The notes under the pieces were generated by a model. The model was not told the DNA's origin, did no database searches, and worked only from the letters and a program-made list of their open reading frames with translations. Made by a program: the position numbers and the translations under genes. DNA of 64,000 nt from Planctomycetota bacterium (GTDB lineage: Bacteria > Planctomycetota > SZUA-567 > H5-PLA8). Of the stretch, positions 1-9,335 are shown piece by piece (positions within the stretch are counted from its first letter, which is position 1; each line of letters starts with the position of its first letter). The DNA lies in the NCBI GenBank assembly GCA_038227875.1, contig JBBRPR010000027.1, positions 32,001-96,000 on the forward strand. The letters are read 5' to 3'.

Positions 1-945
1 ATTTCGCCGGAATGGCACATCCAGATGCAGGCGGCTTTCCAGCGCCACTGCGACAGCTCCATCAGCAAGACGACCAACTTCCCGTCCCACGCCACGCCCG
101 CCGCCGTTCGCGCCATTTACGAACTGGCGTACGACACCGGCTGCAAGGGCGTCACTGTCTACCGCGACGGCTGCCGCAAGGGCCAGCCGATGGCGCTGAA
201 GGAAGAGAAGAAGAAGGAAGAACCGAAGCCAGCCGCGCCGGTCGCGCACACCCTGGCCACGCAGCCGGTCATCAAGCCGGTGAAGACGCCGACGATTCTT
301 TCGGCCGTCCGCATCCGCTCGAACACGCCCTTCGGCCACATGCATCTGACGATCTCCGTGGATCCGAAGACCGAACGCGAGTTGGAAGTGTTCGCGCAGC
401 TGGGCAAGGCCGGCGACGTTGCCGCCTCCGACCTGGAAGCGATCTGCCGCATGGTCAGCCTGTTCCTGCGCAGCGGCGGTTCGATGGACCTGGTGATGGA
501 TCAGCTCGAAGGCATCGGCTCGCACCTGTCGATTCCGACGAAGGACGGCCGCGTCATGAGCCTCGGCGACGCGCTGGGCAAGACGATCCGCAAGTACTGG
601 CAGGCGAAGAAGAGCTACGGTCTGAAGGCGATCCTGCTGGGCGAAGTGGACATCGACGCCCCGCACGGCGGCAACGGCAATGGTCATGGCAACGGACATG
701 GCAATGGCCACGCCAACGGCCATCCCACCGCCGCCGGCACGGAAGCGCCGAAGGCCTCCGCGACGTCGATCATCGCCGAAGCCGTGGCGCACGCAGTCGC
801 GCCGCGGTCGGGCAATTCCAAGACGACGATCAGCGACGAACTGCTCACCGGCTACAAGTTGAAGTGCCCCGAATGCGGCGCCGGCACCCTGGCGTTCGTT
901 GAAGGCTGCGTCAAGTGCGCGGCATGCGGGTACAGCAAGTGCTAA
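1..945 (+). CDS. nrdJ: Class II (B12-dependent) ribonucleotide reductase, C-terminal part; 5' end lies outside the window
   Basis: Frame is open from base 1 (ISPEWHIQMQAAFQRHCDSSISKTTNFP). Carries GCKGVTVYRDG, a TSCPD-like domain and a C-terminal Zn ribbon CPEC...CVKCAACGYSKC. Confidence 0.92.
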   Translation: MSPEWHIQMQAAFQRHCDSSISKTTNFPSHATPAAVRAIYELAYDTGCKGVTVYRDGCRKGQPMALKEEKKKEEPKPAAPVAHTLATQPVIKPVKTPTILSAVRIRSNTPFGHMHLTISVDPKTERELEVFAQLGKAGDVAASDLEAICRMVSLFLRSGGSMDLVMDQLEGIGSHLSIPTKDGRVMSLGDALGKTIRKYWQAKKSYGLKAILLGEVDIDAPHGGNGNGHGNGHGNGHANGHPTAAGTEAPKASATSIIAEAVAHAVAPRSGNSKTTISDELLTGYKLKCPECGAGTLAFVEGCVKCAACGYSKC

Positions 946-974
946 GTTCGTAGTTCAGAACGATGAATGAACAG

Positions 975-1008
975 AAACGCCCTCCGAGTGGAGGGCGTTT
1001 TTGTTTTG
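975..1008 (+). terminator. Intrinsic terminator of nrdJ
   Basis: AAACGCCCTCC-gagt-GGAGGGCGTTT followed by TTGTTTTG. Confidence 0.85.
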
Positions 1009-1296
1009 TTGAACCCGGAGTGTTAATAGACATTAGCCGGCATAGACCTAAGTTTAAAATTTATGTATTAAATAATTGACAAACCCTAATCCACGGTCTA
1101 TTATCAACCGATGGAGTGGTCTGATCTCTGACAACCGCATAGTCCATTCAACACCCGCGATCGGGCAACCGCGCGCGATCCACGCACGGACGCGCCGTCG
1201 TAATTCCCAACTGCCGACATCGCATACGGTTGAGCAACCCTTTGGCGTAGTACAACAATATTTTTGTACTGGAAAACACTAGGCACCTGAAAATGC

Positions 1297-1378
1297 GTAA
1301 CATTATGTAACATTTTGTAACATTCGCCTATGAACGCGGTGTGGTACTTCACCCCGTGCAATCGAGCCCAATGTTACA
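1297..1378. promoter_or_regulatory. Three GTAACATT direct repeats with 10-bp period, plus one inverted copy
   Basis: GTAACATT at 1297, 1307 and 1317; AATGTTAC at 1370. The binding protein is unknown. Confidence 0.5.
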
Positions 1379-1396
1379 TCGCCGGACAAACGTTTC

Positions 1397-1870
1397 TCAT
1401 TCCGGCACCACGCTCACCGACCACTCGCCATTCGCCTGCTTCGTCGCGGTGCTCGTGAAACGGCCCGTGCGCTTCGTTCGCGCGGCGAACTGAGCAATCA
1501 GCATCTGCGCGGCCTGGCTCGGCTGAAACGACTGCTTATTCGGCCCGTAGATGCAACACAGGTATCCGCCCTGCGGATCGGGGGCGACGGTGAACTTGAA
1601 ATTCGTCCAGCCCGGTGGCGCTTCGCGGATCAACTGCGATCCGATCGCTTGCGTCAGCTTCGGCATCTCGAAAATGTCGACCGGCGGACCTCCCGCCGCA
1701 GGGGCGCCCTGCAATGACGCGCGGATTATCCCGACGGCGATCCCGATGCTCACCAGGCCACACGGAATAAACACGGCCGACTCGCTGCCAAACACCGCAA
1801 CATAAATCAACGCCAGACCGAAGAGTCCAAAAAAGCCGCCCGCGAGAATGCTCGATATGCGTTCGCCCAT
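1397..1870 (-). CDS. Hypothetical membrane protein (two N-terminal TM helices and a small soluble domain)
   Basis: ATG at 1870 gives MGERISSILAGGFFGLFGLALIYVAVFG. The longer ORF to 2731 is the antisense shadow of nrtR. Confidence 0.65.
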   Translation of the reverse strand: MGERISSILAGGFFGLFGLALIYVAVFGSESAVFIPCGLVSIGIAVGIIRASLQGAPAAGGPPVDIFEMPKLTQAIGSQLIREAPPGWTNFKFTVAPDPQGGYLCCIYGPNKQSFQPSQAAQMLIAQFAARTKRTGRFTSTATKQANGEWSVSVVPE

Positions 1871-1940
1871 GGAAAGCCCCTTCAATAATGTGTTGGGACA
1901 GCGTATCTGGAACGGATGGCAATTTTCAAGCCCCCTGTAC

Positions 1941-1969
1941 TTGACAACGTGTAAAATATACACTATGAT
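1941..1969 (+). promoter_or_regulatory. Sigma70 promoter with an NrtR-type operator between -35 and -10
   Basis: TTGACA (1941-1946), 17-nt spacer, TATGAT (1964-1969). Palindrome GTGTA-aaata-TACAC at 1949-1963 fits the GT-N7-AC core of NrtR boxes. Confidence 0.85.
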
Positions 1970-1999
1970 TAAGCCGTCGCTCAAATGTGGAGAACAAAA

Positions 2000-2689
2000 A
2001 TGCCGTTTACCTACGAGTACGCCCGGCCCAGCCTGACCGTCGATTGCGTCATCTTCGGGTTGGACGAGGAGAATCTGAAGGTGCTGCTGATCGAGCGCGA
2101 TCTGGAGCCCTTCAAGGGCAAGTGGGCGCTCCCAGGCGGGTTCGTGCGACTCGACGAAACGCTCGACGAAGCCGCGCGTCGCGAACTGCGAGAAGAGACC
2201 GGCGTCGAGAATGTTTTTCTCGAGCAACTCTACACGTTCGGCGAACTCCACCGCGATCCACGGGAGCGCGTGGTCACCGTGGCGTACTACGCGCTGATCA
2301 ACTTGAGCGACTATCAGATCAAGGCGAGCACCGACGCGCGCAACGCGGCCTGGTTTGCGCTCTCGGATCTCCCCAAGCTCGCCTTCGATCACGACAAGAT
2401 TTACGACACGGCGCTCAATCGCCTGAAAGGCAAGCTGCGTTACCAGCCGATCGGCTTTGAACTGCTGCCGCATAAATTCAAGCTCTCGCGGCTGCAGAAA
2501 CTCTACGAAATGGTGCTCGAGCGCCCGCTGGATAAGCGCAACTTCCGCAAGAAAATCCTGAGCATGGATCTGCTGATCGAACTCGATGAAATCGAACAGG
2601 ACGTCGCCCACCGCGCCGCGCGTCTGTACAGCTTCGATGAGAAGAAGTATCAGCGCCTGGTGAAGAAGGGCTTCAACTTCGAACTGTGA
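2000..2689 (+). CDS. nrtR: NrtR transcriptional regulator (Nudix + winged HTH)
   Basis: [15 protein letters not shown], Nudix box [30 protein letters not shown] and RAARLY motifs. GGAGA RBS before ATG 2000. Confidence 0.93.
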   Translation: MPFTYEYARPSLTVDCVIFGLDEENLKVLLIERDLEPFKGKWALPGGFVRLDETLDEAARRELREETGVENVFLEQLYTFGELHRDPRERVVTVAYYALINLSDYQIKASTDARNAAWFALSDLPKLAFDHDKIYDTALNRLKGKLRYQPIGFELLPHKFKLSRLQKLYEMVLERPLDKRNFRKKILSMDLLIELDEIEQDVAHRAARLYSFDEKKYQRLVKKGFNFEL

Positions 2690-3177
2690 GCGCGCAGTAT
2701 GTGGAAGAAGGATGGGTGAAGGCGATGGCAAACATTATAAAATTCTACCGCATTGGCGATGAGTACGGCTGCTTCTCCAACTTTGCGGCGTACCCGATCA
2801 AACTGGATGGAAAGACGTGGCCAACGAGCGAGCATTATTTTCAGGCGCAGAAATTTGTTGATCCCCAGGACGCGGAAGCGATTCGCGACGTGAAGTCTCC
2901 GATGGTCGCCGCAACGATGGGGCGTGACCGCAAGAAAAAGATTCGACGCGATTGGGACAGCGCCAAGGATGAAATCATGTACTGCGCCATTCGAGCCAAG
3001 TTCTCCCAGCACGCGGATATTCGGGAAGGGCTACTGGCAACGGGCGATGCGAAACTGATCGAACATACCGCCAACGACAACTACTGGGCCGATGGCGGCG
3101 ACGGCAGCGGCAAGAACATGCTGGGTATTCTCCTGATGCGGTTGCGCGACGAACTGCGCGTGGAGGCGGCAAAATGA
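2686..3177 (+). CDS. ybiA: NADAR/YbiA family N-glycosidase or ADP-ribosylhydrolase (alternative start ATG 2725)
   Basis: [22 protein letters not shown] and [15 protein letters not shown] motifs. Confidence 0.92.
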   Translation: MSAQYVEEGWVKAMANIIKFYRIGDEYGCFSNFAAYPIKLDGKTWPTSEHYFQAQKFVDPQDAEAIRDVKSPMVAATMGRDRKKKIRRDWDSAKDEIMYCAIRAKFSQHADIREGLLATGDAKLIEHTANDNYWADGGDGSGKNMLGILLMRLRDELRVEAAK

Positions 3178-3788
3178 ACGCGTTAATTCTCGTCGATCTT
3201 CAAAACGATTTCATGCCCGGCGGCGCGCTCCCCGTGGCCGACGGCGACGCGGTCGCGCCGATTGCCAATCGCCTGCTCGCGAAATTTCCGTTCGTCGTCG
3301 CCACACAGGATTGGCATCCGGCGTCGCATGGCAGTTTTGCGGCCAATCACTCGGGCAAGAGGCCGGGGGAGATGATGGAACTCAACGGGCTGCCGCAGGT
3401 GCTCTGGCCGGTGCATTGTGTTCAGCATTCCCCGGGCGCGGCTTTTGTGCAGGAACTCGATACCACGAAGATCACGCGCGTATTTCAAAAAGGCACGGAC
3501 GCAGGCATCGACAGCTACAGCGGGTTCTTCGACAACGGACACCGCAAAGCGACGGGCCTCGGCGATTACCTCAAAGCACAGGGCGTCGACGCGGTATGTG
3601 TGCTTGGCGTTGCGACCGATTACTGCGTGAAGTTTACGGCGCTTGATGCGCGTGAGCTTGGGTTTAAGACCACGTTGATTGTTGACGCCTGCCGCGGCGT
3701 GAACTTGAAGCCCGGCGACGTCGAGGCCGCAGTTATGGAGATGCAGCGCGCAAGCGTGACCGTCGTGAACAGTGCGGACATCAAATAA
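3174..3788 (+). CDS. pncA: Nicotinamidase/pyrazinamidase
   Basis: VDLQNDFMPGGAL, TQDWHP, WPVHCVQ, DSYSGF and ATDYCVKFTA motifs. ATGA-type overlap with the NADAR gene. Confidence 0.95.
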   Translation: MNALILVDLQNDFMPGGALPVADGDAVAPIANRLLAKFPFVVATQDWHPASHGSFAANHSGKRPGEMMELNGLPQVLWPVHCVQHSPGAAFVQELDTTKITRVFQKGTDAGIDSYSGFFDNGHRKATGLGDYLKAQGVDAVCVLGVATDYCVKFTALDARELGFKTTLIVDACRGVNLKPGDVEAAVMEMQRASVTVVNSADIK

Positions 3789-3803
3789 CGAGGAGTGATA
3801 CCC

Positions 3804-4340
3804 ATGGCGACGCCAACAGACAAACCGGACGACGTGCTCTACGACGGAAAATTCCTGCGGTATGTGCGGCGCGGGAATTGGGAGTTCGTGCAGCGCAAGA
3901 AGGTCTCGGGCATCGTCGGCATCGTGGCGGTGACGGCCGAGCGCAAACTGCTGCTCGTCGAACAGTACCGCGTCCCCGTCAAATGCAACGTGATCGAAAT
4001 TCCCGCGGGACTGGCGGGCGACATCGCCGGCCAGGAAAATGAAGCGCTCGAACTGGCCGCCGCGCGCGAACTGTTCGAAGAGACCGGCTACGAGGCCAAG
4101 AAATTCACGCAGCTGACGGCCGGCGCCGTCTCAGCGGGGCTCACCGATGAATTCATCACGCTCTTCCGCGCCGAGGAACTCAAGAAAGTAAACGCGGGCG
4201 GCGGCGACGGCACCGAGAACATCGTCGTCCACGAAATCCCGCTCAGCGACGTCCGCCGCTGGCTCGACGAACGCCGCCGCGGCGGCACGATGATCGACTT
4301 GAAGGTGTATTCGGGGTTGGCGTTTTGTCCGGAGAAGTAG
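3804..4340 (+). CDS. Nudix hydrolase, ADP-ribose pyrophosphatase (NudF-like)
   Basis: LVEQYRVP, IEIPAGL and AARELFEETGY motifs. GAGGAG RBS. Confidence 0.85.
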   Translation: MATPTDKPDDVLYDGKFLRYVRRGNWEFVQRKKVSGIVGIVAVTAERKLLLVEQYRVPVKCNVIEIPAGLAGDIAGQENEALELAAARELFEETGYEAKKFTQLTAGAVSAGLTDEFITLFRAEELKKVNAGGGDGTENIVVHEIPLSDVRRWLDERRRGGTMIDLKVYSGLAFCPEK

Positions 4341-4342
4341 TC

Positions 4343-4819
4343 ATGAACACCATCTACTACCTCAAAGGCGACGCTACGTCCCCCAAGGCCTCGGGCCGCA
4401 AGCTCATCGTTCACATCTGCAATGACATGGGCGGATGGGGCAAGGGCTTTGTCCTCGCCATTTCCAAGCGGTGGCCGGAACCGGAAGAACACTATCGAAA
4501 ATGGCACCGCGAACGCAATCGCAATGATTTCGCGCTGGGCTCGGTCCAGTTCGTGCAATGCGAATCGTACATTTGGGTCGCCAACCTGATCGGCCAGCAC
4601 GGCATGAAAACCGGCAGCGAGGGTCCGCCGATTCGCTACGACGCCGTGGAGACAGGACTCGCCAAAATCGCGGCGAAGGCGGCGGAAATCAAGGCGAGCG
4701 TGCATATGCCGCGCATCGGCTGTGGCCTCGCCGGCGGGAAATGGGAGCAGATCGAGCCGCTCATCGAGCAGACGTTGCTCGCCGCGGGAATCGATACATA
4801 TGTCTACGATTTTGGATGA
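4343..4819 (+). CDS. Macrodomain protein of the Poa1p/TARG1/DarG-like class
   Basis: YLKGDAT, IVHICND.GGWGKGFVLAI and HMPRIGCGLAGGKW motifs. Confidence 0.88.
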   Translation: MNTIYYLKGDATSPKASGRKLIVHICNDMGGWGKGFVLAISKRWPEPEEHYRKWHRERNRNDFALGSVQFVQCESYIWVANLIGQHGMKTGSEGPPIRYDAVETGLAKIAAKAAEIKASVHMPRIGCGLAGGKWEQIEPLIEQTLLAAGIDTYVYDFG

Positions 4820-4838
4820 TCGTGTTCGGCCTTTCGCA

Positions 4839-5660
4839 TCAGCGAGCGTCACGTTTTCCGTTCCATCCCATCGAGACCAGATTCGCGGCGCTCGTGGGAT
4901 CGCCGCCGGCGGCGGTGATCGCTTTGGCGATCAGCGGCAACAGCTGTCCGTAAACGGCAGGCGTGACGTAAATCTGTTCCAGCGCGGTTTTGTCGTTTCG
5001 CCGCACGTCGATCAGGCCGCGGACGGCCCGCAGGTAACCGTCGCGCAAGTCCTGCAGCGCCTCCGCATCGCGCGTCGCGTACCACGGATAACTCATGACT
5101 TCAAGATACCGCGCATCAGCTCCGGCATCGTTCTTCATCACGTGGCTAAGCTCGCCGGCGGTGACGCCGCAAGCAATCTTGCCGCGGTCGCAGGCCAGAC
5201 CCATGCGGGAATATTCTTTGGCGGCGGCGTCGAAGACTTCGACGGCGTCTCCGTACTTGCCCTCCAGATTCAGAAGTTCAGCCTTGGCCCGCAGCAACTC
5301 GGCCACGAGCTGGGATTGGTGTTGAAATTGTTTGACCGTGGAATCGATGAATCCTCGCGTTGCCGGGTAACTTTGCACGCCGGACTTGACCGACGCCTCG
5401 CCCTCGAATCCGCGGAACGCGCTGAGGCACGCGAGCACCGTTTGATCGGTAACCATGCGATCGGCGTCCACGCGTGTCGACAGCGCAGCTCCCAATTCTC
5501 TGGGATCTTCGCCGGGCTTTCGCGTGTCCCGGCCGTGCGTCATCCACGTTTCAAATTCAGACGCCTTCAAGTCCAGCGCGGCACGGCTCTCCGCCGCGAT
5601 CGCCGCTGCGCCACTCGATGCCAGAACCAGGACGACCACGACCCACATGCTGCGATCCAT
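4839..5660 (-). CDS. Hypothetical secreted helical (TPR-like) protein
   Basis: Signal-peptide-like start MDRSMWVVVVLVLASSGAAAIAA; helical pattern KAELLNLEGKYGDAVEVF. Confidence 0.55.
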   Translation of the reverse strand: MDRSMWVVVVLVLASSGAAAIAAESRAALDLKASEFETWMTHGRDTRKPGEDPRELGAALSTRVDADRMVTDQTVLACLSAFRGFEGEASVKSGVQSYPATRGFIDSTVKQFQHQSQLVAELLRAKAELLNLEGKYGDAVEVFDAAAKEYSRMGLACDRGKIACGVTAGELSHVMKNDAGADARYLEVMSYPWYATRDAEALQDLRDGYLRAVRGLIDVRRNDKTALEQIYVTPAVYGQLLPLIAKAITAAGGDPTSAANLVSMGWNGKRDAR

Positions 5661-5806
5661 GCCGATGACCTCGTGAGAGTTGGAAATTTTGACGCCTCGG
5701 ACTGCAATCGGTTTCGCCCAAAATTCGTGCAACCTGCCTTGGGCTGCTGAGTCTCAATACTGTCCGCTCAAAATACGAATTCCTGTGCGACTGCCTGGAG
5801 TGCTGA

Positions 5807-6373
5807 ATGATGAAGCGATCGAATGGTCTCCTCTGGTTGTTTTTGATGATGCAACTTCCAATCAGTCTGGCCGGAGCGAAAGAAGCGGCCGGACTTTGGC
5901 CGTATGTCCATTCGGATCTGGATGACCGGTTCTACGCGCGCTGCATTCCTGCTGGCGATTCTGGAGACAAAGGCGCGACCACGATTTTTATGGTGAAGCG
6001 TACGGACGACGAACGCGTTGACGCGTACGACTGGTACAACCGAAATGGTGTAGTTCTGGGTTGGAGCCCCATTGCCGGAAAGGTCGCGGTCTGGCGGTTG
6101 CGCCAGGACGACTCCAAACCCGATCCGCAACGCGTGGAGTTCAGTTTCTATCTGGGCGGCAAGCTATTGAAAAGCTATACCGCTCAGGAACTCATCGACC
6201 GCGGGTCAAAATTCCAAGACAGACTTCCGCGGCTGGATCATGCGCCCTTGGACTACCGTGTTCTGGGTTGTCAGCAGGTTCCGGGAACCAACGATTACAA
6301 CTTCAGTATTGAACTACGCGACGGTACTCCAATCCACTTCGATATTCTCACGGGTGAAGAGCGTAAGAAGTAG
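5807..6373 (+). CDS. Hypothetical secreted protein
   Basis: Signal-peptide-like N-terminus, GGAG RBS, protein-like composition. Confidence 0.6.
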   Translation: MMKRSNGLLWLFLMMQLPISLAGAKEAAGLWPYVHSDLDDRFYARCIPAGDSGDKGATTIFMVKRTDDERVDAYDWYNRNGVVLGWSPIAGKVAVWRLRQDDSKPDPQRVEFSFYLGGKLLKSYTAQELIDRGSKFQDRLPRLDHAPLDYRVLGCQQVPGTNDYNFSIELRDGTPIHFDILTGEERKK

Positions 6374-6491
6374 CCGCTCTATAGGTAAACCAAACCCGAT
6401 CGTGGCAGTTTCTGCCGATTGAGCGAAGTGTATAAACTCGTGCAGATTTTCGTTTGTTTTCGTCGTCTACTCCATGCACACTGTGAGGATC

Positions 6492-8015
6492 ATGACAATC
6501 ATTGCGGGCCCTTGGCCTAAGTTCCCATTAGTTTACGAGATTAACACACGTATCTGGCTGAATGAACTTTCGGCTCGCGCTAACCGCGGCCTGTTCCTGG
6601 ATCAGGTGCCCAACGAAGAACTCGAACGCATCGCGCGGCTGGGTTTTCACTGCATCTGGCTGATGGGCGTATGGACCACCAACGACGAAGCCATCCGCAT
6701 TTCGCGCACCGATCCGGACCTGCAGAAGGACTACAAGAAGGCGCTGCCCGACGTCGCGACTCAAGACATCATCGGCTCGCCGTACGCAGTGTCGAAATAC
6801 GAAGTCTCGCCGAAGCTCGGCGGCCGCCAGGCGCTGGCGGGCATTCGTGAAAAGATGGGCCGCTACGGTCTGCGCCTGATGCTCGACTTCGTTCCCAACC
6901 ATTTTTCACGCGACCATTGGTCCATCGCCGAACAACCCGATGTCCTCGTGCAGGGCACCGACGACGATCTGGCGCGCAATCCGAAAGCGTTTTTCAAATC
7001 GCCGTCTGGAAAAGTAATCGCCTGCGGCCGCGATCCCTATTTCCCCGCGTGGGAGGACACCGCGCAGATCAACTACGCTCAGGCCCCCGGCCGCGCGTTG
7101 ATGAGAAAGAAGCTGCTCGATGTCGCGTCCCAGTGCGATGGCGTGCGCTGCGACATGGCGATGCTGATCCTGCCGGAAATTCTCGAGCGGACGTGGGGCC
7201 CCAAGCTCGGACCCAATCCCAACAAGACCAGCTTCTGGAAGGAAACGATTCCCGAAGTGCTTAAGCAGGAGCCGCATTTCCTGTTCATGGCCGAAGCGTA
7301 CTGGGACCTGGAATGGCGGCTGCAGCAGGAAGGCTTCAATTTCACCTACGACAAGACGCTTTACGACCGCCTGCGCAAGAGCGATTTCAGCGGCGCGCGT
7401 CAGCATCTGCAGGGCGACAAGAGTTTCGAAGAGCGCTGCGCCCGCTTCATTGAAAATCACGACGAACCGCGCGCCGCCGCGAGTTTCGGGCCGGGCCGCG
7501 CACGCAGCGCCGCCGTCGCCACGTTTTTCGGGCCGGGACTGAAACTGTTTTACGAGGGCCAGCTCGAAGGCCGCAAAGTTCGCCCGCCCGTGCAGCTCGG
7601 CCGGCGCCCGCAGGAACCCGAAGACATCGAAACGGCCATCTTCTACGAGAAGATCCTCGACGTGCTTCACGATCCGATTTTCCAGGATGGCAACTTCGAA
7701 GTCCGCGACGCGCAGTCCGCCGGCTGGGGCGACGTCTCCAACGATGCCATCCTTGCGCTCTACTGGACGCCCTCCGCGCGCGCCACGCAGCGTTACATTG
7801 GCTACCTGATCGTCGTGAATTTGAATGGCCTGCGCGCCTACGGCCGCATCCCGCTGCCACAGAATACGTACCTCTCCGGCAAGCAGTACGTGTTCTACGA
7901 CCGCTACGACGCCAAGCGCTACGAACGCGACGGTAACGAACTCGCCTGGCCCGGCCTGTACGTCTCGCTCGAAGCACATCAGGCCCATCTGTTTGAGATC
8001 ACGGCCAAGGCGTAG
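6492..8015 (+). CDS. Alpha-amylase family glycoside hydrolase (GH13)
   Basis: MLDFVPNH plus the intact catalytic triad regions GVRCDMA, FMAEAYW and ENHDE. Confidence 0.9.
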   Translation: MTIIAGPWPKFPLVYEINTRIWLNELSARANRGLFLDQVPNEELERIARLGFHCIWLMGVWTTNDEAIRISRTDPDLQKDYKKALPDVATQDIIGSPYAVSKYEVSPKLGGRQALAGIREKMGRYGLRLMLDFVPNHFSRDHWSIAEQPDVLVQGTDDDLARNPKAFFKSPSGKVIACGRDPYFPAWEDTAQINYAQAPGRALMRKKLLDVASQCDGVRCDMAMLILPEILERTWGPKLGPNPNKTSFWKETIPEVLKQEPHFLFMAEAYWDLEWRLQQEGFNFTYDKTLYDRLRKSDFSGARQHLQGDKSFEERCARFIENHDEPRAAASFGPGRARSAAVATFFGPGLKLFYEGQLEGRKVRPPVQLGRRPQEPEDIETAIFYEKILDVLHDPIFQDGNFEVRDAQSAGWGDVSNDAILALYWTPSARATQRYIGYLIVVNLNGLRAYGRIPLPQNTYLSGKQYVFYDRYDAKRYERDGNELAWPGLYVSLEAHQAHLFEITAKA

Positions 8016-8026
8016 TGCTCAACAGA

Positions 8027-8194
8027 GTCATCGGTCATTTTTCAGTGGTCATCGGTCATTTGTCATTTGAACGGCAACAGCGCTCTCGTCTATCGCGAGA
8101 GCGGCTTGAATTCAGCACACGCTTTGAGAAGATCAAGTCTTCGTGAGTCCCAATCCGCGACAGCGCCAATGAAACATGACCGATGACCAATGAC
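8027..8194. repeat. Inverted pair of 7-nt tandem arrays (GTCATYK ... ATGACCR)
   Basis: GTCATCG/GTCATTT units at 8027-8068; ATGACCG ATGACCA ATGAC at 8176-8194. Confidence 0.7.
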
Positions 8195-9328
8195 TCCGTT
8201 CCCGATCTTCTCATCATTGGCGGTGGCGTCATTGGCCTGAGTCTGGCCGACCGCGCGTTGCGCGATGGGTTGCGCGTGAAGGTGCTCGATAAGTCCACGC
8301 CCGGCCGCGAGTCGTCGTGGGCTGGGGCGGGGATGATCACGTGCCGGCCGCGGCCGCGCGTGCGCGAAGGCATTCCGGATTATCACGATCTCACGCTGCT
8401 GGCGGCGAAGCTCTACCCGGAATGGACCGCGCGGCTGCAGGCGGAGACGGGCATCGACACGGGCTACCGCGTCTCCGGCGCGCTGGAGTTACTGCCGCAG
8501 ACGCTGCTTGATGAAGAGGAACAGAACGTCGCGTCGCTGATCGCGGGAGGCCGTGAACGCGGCATGCCGGCCCGGCGCATCGACCAACTGGAGCTGCGCC
8601 AGCGCGAACCGGGATTGAACGCGGAGATCTTCAGCGGCGCCGTGGAGTACACCACGGAAAGCCAGATCCGAAGTCCGTGGCTGGTCGGCGCGCTGCTGTC
8701 CAGCATCCAGAAGCGCGGCGGGAGCGTCGAGCCGGAGGCTGCCGTCGCCGACGTGACGCTGAGCACCGACGGTTCGCGTGCGACCGGCGTGGTGCTGAAG
8801 TCGGGTCGGGAACTACCGGCCGGCGCGGTGGCCGTCTGTTCCGGCGCGTGGGCCGCGGAACTGCCGGCGCTGGTGAAACTCGCGCCGGCCTGCGGCAAAG
8901 TTCATCCGGTGAAGGGCCAGTTGCTCTGCTACAACGCCGACCCGAAACTCGCCCGGCGCGTGATGACCTGCGACAAGAATTACATCGTGCCGCGCGGCGA
9001 CGGCATTTATCTGATCGGCGCGACGCACGAATTATCCGGCTTCGAAAAGACGCCGACCGAAGCCGGCCGCGAGCAGTTGACAAAGTTTGCGCACGCGCTG
9101 CTCCCCGGACTGAAGAATTTTGCCCCGATCAAAACCTGGGCAGGCTTGCGCCCCGGCATCAAAGGCAAACACCCGCTGCTGGGCGAAGTGCGGAGCACCC
9201 AGCGCCTGTTCGTCGCCTGCGGCCACTACCGTAATGGCCTGACCCTAGCTCCCGCGACGGCGGAGCTGCTCAACGCTGCGATCCAAGGTCGCGAGACTGC
9301 CGTGGGGATTGAGGCGTGGCGGGTGTAG
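8183..9328 (+). CDS. FAD-dependent oxidoreductase, glycine oxidase ThiO/DAO family
   Basis: IIGGGVIG, SSWAGAGM, PVKGQ, WAGLRP and GHYRNGLTLAP motifs. No other thi genes nearby. Confidence 0.85.
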   Translation: MTNDSVPDLLIIGGGVIGLSLADRALRDGLRVKVLDKSTPGRESSWAGAGMITCRPRPRVREGIPDYHDLTLLAAKLYPEWTARLQAETGIDTGYRVSGALELLPQTLLDEEEQNVASLIAGGRERGMPARRIDQLELRQREPGLNAEIFSGAVEYTTESQIRSPWLVGALLSSIQKRGGSVEPEAAVADVTLSTDGSRATGVVLKSGRELPAGAVAVCSGAWAAELPALVKLAPACGKVHPVKGQLLCYNADPKLARRVMTCDKNYIVPRGDGIYLIGATHELSGFEKTPTEAGREQLTKFAHALLPGLKNFAPIKTWAGLRPGIKGKHPLLGEVRSTQRLFVACGHYRNGLTLAPATAELLNAAIQGRETAVGIEAWRV

Positions 9329-9335
9329 CGGATAG

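Noticed and set aside
1871..2731. 444-aa version of the minus-strand ORF
   Set aside because: The extension is the antisense shadow of nrtR and crosses its promoter.
2686..4819. DarTG or other toxin-antitoxin/defence system
   Set aside because: No ADP-ribosyltransferase or toxin gene is adjacent; only eraser-type and metabolic genes are present.
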